Both the position numbers and the translations under genes were made by a program. A stretch of DNA of 64,000 bases, taken from positions 12,733,728-12,797,727 of the forward strand of contig CAVNZM010000005.1 of assembly GCA_963693365.1 (NCBI GenBank). Direction: 5' to 3'. Under the pieces are notes generated by a model. The model was given only the letters and a program-made list of their open reading frames with translations. It did not search any database and was not told the DNA's origin. This document shows positions 49,673-64,000 of this stretch, piece by piece. The DNA comes from Amoebidium appalachense. Taxonomy: Eukaryota; Protista; Ichthyosporea. How positions within the stretch are numbered: position 1 is the stretch's first letter; each line of letters starts with the position of its first letter.

Positions 49673-50003
49673 GAAGTATTTGCCCTCCCACCCTCTCTTC
49701 TCTATCCGACCTGTCCCCTCCCCACCTCTCCCCTCTTTGCTTTCCTCTCTCTCTCCTTCTTCCCGGGCACAAATACAAATAAACCCCGCAAAAGTGTGCG
49801 TGTGACTTTGGACTGCCACTTACTTATTAGACATGTACATAATCACAAAATAATTACACAATATAACAAATGGAAAAAGATACCACACGACACTAGACCC
49901 GATGAGAGCATACACTTTGGAAAACTAAGCCTTGTGTCTCGTTTCATATATAATGACCGCCTTAACCATATTGCCAAATATGGCACTTGCAAATGTGTAA
50001 CAC
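49673..50003 (+). mobile_element. Family A internal fragment
   Basis: Matches about 33818-34151. Confidence 0.88.
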
Positions 50004-50710
50004 TTTAGGGATTCTTGATTTTGAAACGGGTAGGGGGGTAGTAGCTAGCTTGGGGGGGGGGGGGGGGGGGGGGGGGGGGACCCACCACCCCTCCGACTAG
50101 CAGGGGGAGGGAGGGGGGGGACCCACCACCCACCCTGGGAAGGTGGGTCCCCCTCCCCCCCCCCCCCCCCCCCCCCCCCCCAGGGGGGGCTGGGGGGGGG
50201 ACCTACCCACCCCAAAGGCTGCCATCATATGACTATCACATAACCTGATCGTATATAGTACTATGATTTATATTTAGCAGCGGTTTACATACATTCCCAA
50301 AACGTAAACATTGAGGCTAACTTAAGAAGTCACTCTTGGTCACCTGAAGCTCAGGCTGTATGTCGTGATTGGCTAGATCACCCCCCCCCCCCCTCGCCCG
50401 GGGCCCCCTGTCTCCCCCCCCCCCCCCTCCCCCTCCCCCCTCCCCGCCCCCCCTCTCACACGCGTTTCTAGTCACCTCATCGCGCGCACACACAGAACAC
50501 ACTTTCACACGTATTCAATTAACACGTACCTGCACGCATGTACCACACATGCACACGAGGTGCACAAACTTTGACCAGCGATGAGCACCCGACAAGAACA
50601 TGCAAATACACTAACCCACACCACACACACATACTTTCGTCGCCACACAGATGCGCACACGAACACTGCATTCACCGTTGCATGTGTGTACATGCGTGTG
50701 TGTGTGTATG

Positions 50711-50789
<79 letters not shown>

Positions 50790-50792
50790 CGT

Positions 50793-50827
<35 letters not shown>

Positions 50828-51284
50828 CGTGCGTGCGTGGGCATGTGCACATGCATTTACTTGTGATACTGAGCAGGGTGAGGGGGGGGGGGGGGGGGCA
50901 GGAAGGGGAGGGAGGGAGGTGATTGAGGCGGGAGGAGCCGGGGGGGGGGGAGGGGGGGGGGGGGAGAGGGGTTTTGAGGGTGATGTGTCGTTAGAAAATG
51001 TTATCTAGGGTGAGGAGGGGGGATCCGGAGGAGTGGTAGGAGGTGAGTGAGGCGAGAAGAGGGGTGGAGGGGGGGGGGTCGTTTGACGAAAATATTACGG
51101 CGCAAATAGTACACATTTGCCGTGGACAACACAAAGCAGACCTTGCAAAGAACACACAATGAGTATGCATCCGGCAGAAGAAGAGCACCAGCACCAACTT
51201 AAACGGGTGGCCGAAACTTTGAATGCATGTGTGTGTACGCGCGCGCGCGCGCGTGCATGCGTGTGTGTGTGTGTGTGTGTATGG

Positions 51285-51331
<47 letters not shown>

Positions 51332-51517
51332 AGTGTGTGTGGTGAGTATGAGGGGGCCGGGGGGAGGCAGGGGGGGGATATGCATCAGTGGCCAAAACGG
51401 AACATCGATTGAAATTCCTTGGGAAAAAAAAAAATAACGAATACATGCACAATTTTGGTGGGTGGAAAAGAGACTCTGGTCATGATTCACGCGCATGGGC
51501 GGGGTGTCGGGTGGGGG

Positions 51518-51584
<67 letters not shown>

Positions 51585-51939
51585 ACCATCCCATTCACCC
51601 GGGTTAGCCGGTTTTTTTTTTTTTTTTTTTTCTGGGGGTGGGGGGAGGGGGGGGGGGCGGGAGGATAAAACTACTGGTTCAGTCAACTCGTGGTGGTGGT
51701 CACTAAATATATTTCGAGCTCCATTGAAAAAAAGTGTTCAAAAATCAGTGTATTCTCCCTTTTCCCTTTTCTTTTGGATTTTCCCCACGTTTTTGTTTTG
51801 CTTATGCGCGCACACACTCGTGCGCACATGAGTGTGCTTGTTGTTATTGTTGTTTTTTTGGCCGGAGAAAGGGAGAGGGGGTGGGAGGGGGAGGGAGGGC
51901 GGAGGGAGAGGGAAGTGAGGACAAAAAGAAGGTGAAACA

Positions 51940-54250
<2,311 letters not shown>

Positions 54251-54642
54251 GTAAGGTGCTTTGTTCCTTGTGGATTACTTTATTCTTCTTAATAAACCAC
54301 ATGCCACGGTGCCCCATGCATAACGGTTCTCAGACCCTTTGCTCTGATGTGCATATGGACCGGAAGGCTTACCAACTTTGCAATAAAAGCCAACCAGCCT
54401 CTCTCTGTGGAAATGCGTAGATTTCTCCAAAGAATGGTTTGAACTTTCCCACGATCAAACCTACCAAAACACGGGCTGATGGCCCATTTGTGCAGCCACA
54501 TGGCAGTTGGGTGACCGATCCACCAACATGCAGCAAAGGATCATGCTGCTGCTGCGTCCAACCGCATTTTTTTTATAAAATCCGCACGGACTGAGCGTTT
54601 TTTGCCACTGCCTAAGGTCACCCATGATTCGTGGCTGAATCT

Positions 54643-54679
<37 letters not shown>

Positions 54680-54899
54680 CCTCCCCTTCCCCCCCCCTCC
54701 CCCTCCCCCCCCCCCCCCCCCGCCGGGGACCATCACACTCACTCTAAGTCTAAAGCACGTGCTCTGGACCGTTCTTTGGTTATTTCAAACTGTGTGCCTG
54801 CATTCCGGGTCTCTTCTCCCCTCCATCCTCCCCCCCTCCCCTCCTTCGCCCCCAATTACCGTGTGTGTGTGTGTGCGTGTGCGTGTGTGTGTGTGTGTG

Positions 54900-54939
<40 letters not shown>

Positions 54940-55187
54940 TTCTTTTTTTTTTTTCGGGGGGGAGGAGGGGGGGTGAGATGGGGGGTGGAGGGTGGAGGGG
55001 AGAGAAAAGAATGAAACCACTTGTCATGCCACACGTGTGCACGTGTGTGTACTGTGTGTGTACACACGTGTGTGTGTGTGGGCGCGCGTGTGTGTGTTGT
55101 GTGTGTGCGTGTGTGTGTGCGTGTGTGTGTATGTGTGTGTGCGCGTATGTGTGTATGTATGCATACGCCCGCAGAGTTGCGTGCGTT

Positions 55188-55267
<80 letters not shown>

Positions 55268-55310
55268 CGTGCGTGTGTGTGTGTGTGTGTGCGCGCGCAC
55301 ACCTGCAGAG

Positions 55311-55353
<43 letters not shown>

Positions 55354-55788
55354 TGCGTGTGTGTGTGTGTGTGCGCGCGCACACCTGCAGAGTTGTGTGC
55401 GTTCATGTGTGCCCGTGTGCGTGTGTGTGTCCACGAGGGGGAAGGGATAGCACGGGGAGTGGGGACAGAGAAAGAAAGAAGGAAGATGCCAACGGACTGC
55501 ATGCCAACTTGTAAGGCCAGCCAATAGCAGCACAGAATACAACATTGGATGCTCAGATGCTTTAATTGCACCATTGGCGTATTCCTCACGTGCATACAGC
55601 CGCCACACCCGCATGTGTCTGCCCACCAAATGCTGGTTTGAGTTTTTTGTTTTGTTTTGGTTTAATTATTGTGTTGGGGGGGGGGGGGGGGGGGGGGGGA
55701 GGAGGAGGAGGGGAAGAGGGGGAGGATGCCCGGGGGAGGGAGCGAAGGAGTGGGAAGGTCGAATGGGCAGACAAGGATGGGAGGGAGG

Positions 55789-55823
<35 letters not shown>

Positions 55824-56689
55824 GGGGGGGGGGGGCGGTATGCATCTGCCTACCGCGGCCTATGTGTCTCACAGCCCTCGATACTCTTTACGCAACCCAG
55901 TGTGGTGAATATCCCTCGGCATAGTGGCAGCACACACACACCTGCACCCTGTCTGAGAACATCAACCCATGTAGAGTTGGTCCCCCTCCCCGATCCCCCC
56001 TCCCCCCCCCCCCCCCCCCCCTCCCTACTGCCCCTTCCCCCCCCACGCCCTCACACACACACACACCAGCACAAACCCTTCCCCACAGGCATAAGTGATT
56101 AACTCGACCCGTGCTAGTGCTAACCACCCGTATTCATCTACATCCGCTCTCCTGCTGCGCTGGGAACAGATGTCTAGATTTTTGCCGCAATTAGGCAACC
56201 CACTGCGGGCCAGCAGCACACATCTTTCCAAATACACATGTGCGTCAGGCACCTCCTTCGATCTTTCTTGAAGGAAAACAATCATTTGGAGATTGACCCT
56301 CTTCTCTTTCTTATCTCCCCCCCCCCCCCCCCCCCCCCCCCCAACACACACACACACATACACACACGTGTGCGCGCGCGGGCAAACGTACCGTACTTAA
56401 CCACCACTATGTATTTTCCCCATATACCTCCGGTTGACCTCGATCGTATCAGCATGTAGACCAGCCCTACAATGCGCTTGTCTGCTGGTTGTTGTTGGTT
56501 GTTGTTTGGAGGGGGGGGGGGGGGGGGGGGGGGAGGAGGGGGAGGGGGGGGGGGGGGGGGACGGGTTGGCTCGTGTGTGTGGGCTAGCGCGAAAAAAATT
56601 ACCACCTACTTGTGTGTGTGTTTGGGGTGGCCAAGGGGGAAGGGAGGACAGAGGAGAGCAAGGACAAGATGAATCACTGTGAATTAAAG

Positions 56690-59110
<2,421 letters not shown>

Positions 59111-59953
59111 TTTAATGATGATGAAAGTGAAATTATTGGGGAGGTTGTGCACATGGAAGCACAAACGGAGAAGGAAGGCGCGGAAAAAAGTAAAGCAAAA
59201 AGGCATTTGCAACAACTTGAACTCAATAAATGCGGCAAATTTTAAACGGCAGGTCTTCCCAAGTAGTTTGAGTTACTGTAAGTGCCACTTCGAATCTTCA
59301 GAAGGAACCTTGGAGCGGTTTAACTCCAAGGTGCCGGGGGCTAGGGTAGAGGGAGAGGGGGGGGGGGACGAGGGCGGGTCAACCTTTTTTTTTCCCGGGG
59401 GGGGGGGGGGGGTTGCAGGCCAAAGTGTCGTCCAGGCCAAAGTGTTGTCATCTCTAATTAAAATCCAGGTCGTCAAATTTGACTGGTCTAGGGTGAATAT
59501 CGGGTAGGCCAAAATGCACCCCCCCCCCCCCCCCCCCCCCCACTACCCTGGGTGACAGGGGGGTCAGAGGGTTTGTATGACGTGGTGGGAGAAACACAGT
59601 GTGTGCGCGCCGAGGGGGGGGGGGGGGGGGGGGGGGGGTATAAACAATCAATGTCGTGACCTTATAATTAGCTTATGACATGTTTTGGGAAAAAGATCAT
59701 GTCTACTGTTACCAGTTTTTTATCATCTTGGTGCAAATGATGTATTCGGGGGGGACCAGGGGGGTTGTGGTATAATCATTATAGTGTCCTGAGCTTGTTG
59801 CTTTGTGTGTTGGTCGAAAAGAAATCATGGCCACTGATAGCAGGATTTTACCAACTCGTTGCAAATGGTGTAGTATCATGTGGTTTGTATGTATTTATCG
59901 CCATTGCATTTACCTTACAGAAGCCATAATACACCATTATGATATAGTCGTAC

Positions 59954-59954
<1 letters not shown>

Positions 59955-59989
<35 letters not shown>

Positions 59990-61125
59990 CGTGCGCTAGA
60001 ATTTTGTAATGATGTGTTTCTCAAGCCAATCAATACATCCAATAAACAGGTCGTAGTGTTTAAGATAAGATCAAGGATGTTGTAATTTACAGGTAGGCTA
60101 TCTTTCTGGGTGTCTGTTGTGAATGTGACGTGTGTGTTGCGGTATTATGTGATCTATCAAACTACATTTGGCGATACATGACCGTTTAAACTGGTGTGTG
60201 TGTGTGTTGTTTGGGCATGCAAACGATGCCACCTTATACTTATTAGATCTCCACTGTATAGCACGTGTACAGTAAAAGCGTACTGGTAATTGATCAATAA
60301 TACCATCAGCTAGAGAAAGTCTTAACCAGTTCTACAGGAAGGTAATATGTATTTAGGTGTTATACATTGGCAAGTGCCATATTTGGCAACATGGTTAAGG
60401 CGGTCATTATATATAAAACGAGACATAAGGCTTGGTTTTTCAAGGTGTCTGCTTTCATCGGGTCTAGTGTCGTGTGGTATATATCTTTTTCCATTTGTTA
60501 TATTGCGTGATTATCTTGTGGTTGTGTACATGTTTAATAAGTAAGTGGCAGTCCAAAGTCACACGCACACTTTTGCGGGGTTTATTTGTATTTGTGCCCG
60601 GGGAAGAAGGAGAGAGAGAGGGAAGGAAAGAGGGGAGAGGTGGGGAGGAGACAGGTCGGATAGAGAAGAGAGGGTGGGAGGGCAAATACTTCTTTAAGCG
60701 GCTTATGTACATGTGCTTATTGAATTTCAGCGCGAGATGGGATACTCTAGCAGCTATTGGGACCAGACCATATATCGAGAGCGTTACAGGCCCAGGTTTA
60801 CAACAGTTGTTAGATAGAAAGGAGGCAACTTCTACTTCAAGGAAATTTGCCAAGGGTTTAAGCGCTCTAGTTCTCTCTTTCTTGATCCAAGCGGTGAGAA
60901 GGGGTAAACCATATTCACCTGCCGGGAAGACAAAGTGCGAATAAATGTAAAGTCTAATAGAAGGATGGAGGGGTGTGTCTTTAAAAATATTAGCCGAGAA
61001 GAAAGCTAACCGCTTACGAGCCAACTCTACCCTCTTTTCGATTATATGGGAAAACATAACACCAACAGAATTACAGTAACCGAAACACCAAGATATTTGC
61101 ATTCTGGTTAGATATGACAGTGTCA
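59955..61125 (-). mobile_element. Family A retroelement copy lacking the distal 3' tail
   Basis: Matches 33468-34580 inverted; stops at the (CA)n tract. Confidence 0.9.
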
Positions 61126-61673
61126 CAATATCCGGGATTGAACAGACCCCCAGAAACAGTGCTTTATCATGTAGGTAACTTCACAGAGGCGGCCAGGCAG
61201 ACATATATAGTCACAACAAAATTGTATCATATACCCTATAACCCTTGTGTACCCCATAGTACCCTAGTCGCCCAAGGTTAGAGAACCCCGTCCCTCAGCA
61301 AGTGGGGTATTTTGTTTTCGGGGTGGGGTATTTTGTAGGGTATTTTCCGGGTATTGTCTAACCCTGGTCAGCAGCCTCGCCGACATCGTGCGCCGGGTGC
61401 GCGTACGTGTGTCATGTGCATGTATACATGTTGTAGGTTTCATATGGTACACAGGCATTTGTGTGTGTCGTATGTTTGTGTGTGCCGAAGGCTTCGGGCC
61501 CGTCAGCTGCCCCCGCAGGGGGCACGCAGAACCAAGAAATGGCGAGTATAGTAAATTACAACCGGGATGCTAGCTGCGAGCCGCACGGCCCTTTCGGCGA
61601 GAGTAGAACACAGAGCTCCTGCATTCCATGAGAGTACTCTTATGTCCCTTTTTTGATGATCGCAGACTCGGCA

Positions 61674-62232
61674 CAGGGCTAGAAATTACATTATAGGATT
61701 ACTGTATTTTGGCACCTGGCGGATCGCGACCTATTTTTTCCCAGAGATATTTACTTCCTTTTTACTTCATATATCTATCCGATATATGTATACCTATCCG
61801 GCGCCCGGGGGCCCTTCGGCCCCCCGGTCCCCACGTATGATTCATTGGCAATATCATAACCTTGCGTTTATATTACTATATATAAAAAAATTTCCTGTCA
61901 GTTATTCCCAACAACCATGTGTGCCTTTTGTTTGAGGGCGATTTACTGTGTTGATTGCTCCTTTCGAGCCTCAGCCATCTGCTGAACTATTGTATATCTC
62001 TAAAACTTTGTAGCTTGAATGCAAAACAAAATACATCGAGCCCAGAAAGCAGATTAAGTTGGATATTGAGTGGATAGTACTTTTCTTTTTCCATGATGGT
62101 TGTCCGGCAATGGAGTGGTCCTGAGATATAATGTGGTGTGTATGTAGATAACGTTTTTCGTGATTGCAAGTTCCAGTGTTTTTCCAGGAAAAAATCGGAA
62201 AAATTGAGAGCTCCAACTTTGGGCAGTTGGGG

Positions 62233-62270
<38 letters not shown>

Positions 62271-62390
62271 ATTCTTTTTATCTTCTTCCCCAACCTCCAA
62301 CTCAGGTAGAACTAAGTCCCAGATTATACTGGTACTTTCTGAAAATTAGCGGTATATTTACTTCCGAAAACAGTGTAATTTCCTGCCCTG
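61674..62390. mobile_element. hAT-type MITE, 717 bp
   Basis: TIRs CAGGGCTAGAAATTACA / (rc) CAGGGCAGGAAATTACA (15/17) and 8-bp TSD ACTCGGCA / GCTCGGCA (7/8). Confidence 0.8.
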
Positions 62391-62457
62391 GCTCGGCATA
62401 CCATGGCGTGTTGACACACAGTGCCCCGTGAATTTGGCTGTACAAGGCGAGACAGTC

Positions 62458-62459
<2 letters not shown>

Positions 62460-62517
<58 letters not shown>
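62460..62517. repeat. (TA)n microsatellite
   Basis: Directly visible. Confidence 0.95.
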
Positions 62518-62519
<2 letters not shown>

Positions 62520-64000
62520 GAACAACTTTCCTTATGCGCAAACAAGATATTAACGATATTATGAATCACAGCAAACAACCGTGATGGTCTGTGAACCGTT
62601 GACGGAATATATATATTTTTAATTTTCGAATTCTATGGGGACTATATAGGCACTATGTCATGTATTTGGTCTGGGAAGAGCTTATTGTTTCTTATCGTAA
62701 ACAAACAGCATCATAAGCTCCTGTATATCTGAGTTTCTATTATCAGCCTACTAGAAAAACATTCATTGAAACATACCTGGTTGATTCAAGATAATGTATG
62801 GAAGGACATGCTGCAAATTCACAGTGGGAATAAAAAGTAAACTGTTGGGCCTAAACTGGTTTTGACCCCCTCACCTATGGTGTGACGCGGCTTTGGAACG
62901 CTTTCACGTGAGTAGCTTTAGGTAAGCCAATCAAACCGTTTGTTATATTTGTAAACCATGTTGTAAACAGTTAACCGAGTCAACGGACTTTATGATGTAT
63001 TGTTTCGGAAGCAGATTGTAAACAAACTCAACCTGAATAAACGAAGTGCACTTTTTATATTTAGCTTATTCTTTATGCTGCACTTAAAAGCAAATATGCC
63101 ACACTTGAAAATGAAATATGAAACGTCTTGTCGATTCCTCCATGTGATATCTCGCAAAGATGAGGTGATCCCTCTCGGGCCAAAGCCAATCAAAAACGGC
63201 ATTGCGATCAGTATTCGAACGCCAATCACTTTTACGGATCTCAATAAAGAAAGCAAGTAAAGTGGCTCCCTATACTTCAATCACCTGATGGCAAACGTTC
63301 AACTCAGCCGGCACATGCCTAACTAGACCAATTCTCAGACAAAGTGTAGCCCCTTCCGTTATAAATTTTTTCTTCAAAAGTTTTTTTATCACTTCTCAAA
63401 TAATTTAAAAGTAGGCATGTCATTCTTTTTCCTAGAGACAAGCCTATCAAAGCTTGGTACAGCCTCCCATAATCAAAAGAAAAAAATAAAAAAAAAATCC
63501 TACAGTGTCCATGAACATGTGAAGTGGGCCTAGGGGGACTTCACAGCCGCGCGTGGGATACATGATGCATTGATGCGGCCGGATCCTCACTATGTTCTGG
63601 AGGAGTCACAATAGTGCCCTACCAAAGAATTGTTTGTACCAACTGTGAAGGTGAAAATCAATATACACTAAAATTTCTTCCGGGACCTCAACAGGTTCCA
63701 TGTTCATTTGAGCCACAGATTCATTGGTGGCAATCAGATGTCAAAAAGCTGCTTTTTGAGCCATTTGTTGATTGGTTGGTGACACCCTCATGCTTTCAAT
63801 GTGATTTTGCTATAAAGCTGCTAAATACTTTAGCAATGATATAACCATTCGTACATGGCTAGAATAAAGTTTCTGATGATTCTGAGATCAAAAACCGCCC
63901 TGAGAGTCCGGCATGACTTCTCAAGTTTCTTATTCACCTAAGGACTCGGAAGTCGGAACCGGACTAGTCTAGTGGACTGCCATGGTCCAACACAATTTTG

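Noticed and set aside
62900-64000. AT-rich ORF fragments as a viral or integrase relic
   Set aside because: Short, stop-interrupted, and no motif I can support.

Overview
Eukaryotic genomic DNA (spliceosomal GT-AG and GC-AG introns) saturated with poly-G/poly-C runs and (CA)n/(CT)n microsatellites; most ORFs in the supplied track are simple-repeat artefacts. Supportable content: (1) an intact six-exon minus-strand gene (18898-26805, about 1535 aa after my splicing) encoding a DUF6729-like DDE transposase with a complete WRN-type DEDDy 3'-5' exonuclease inserted inside its catalytic core, the most unusual item here; (2) a complete 3160-bp PIF/Harbinger element with TIRs, TAA TSDs and an intact four-exon transposase but no visible Myb partner; (3) a triple-AP2-domain gene; (4) many truncated copies of two related LINE-type retroelement families that lack poly(A) tails, both end in TAAACCCC and nest in one another; (5) a solo LTR with a 5-bp TSD, a hAT MITE, other probable MITEs, minisatellites, a tandemly duplicated decayed gene and a multi-exon plus-strand gene of unknown function. 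All domain names come from motif recognition by eye, not database searches.
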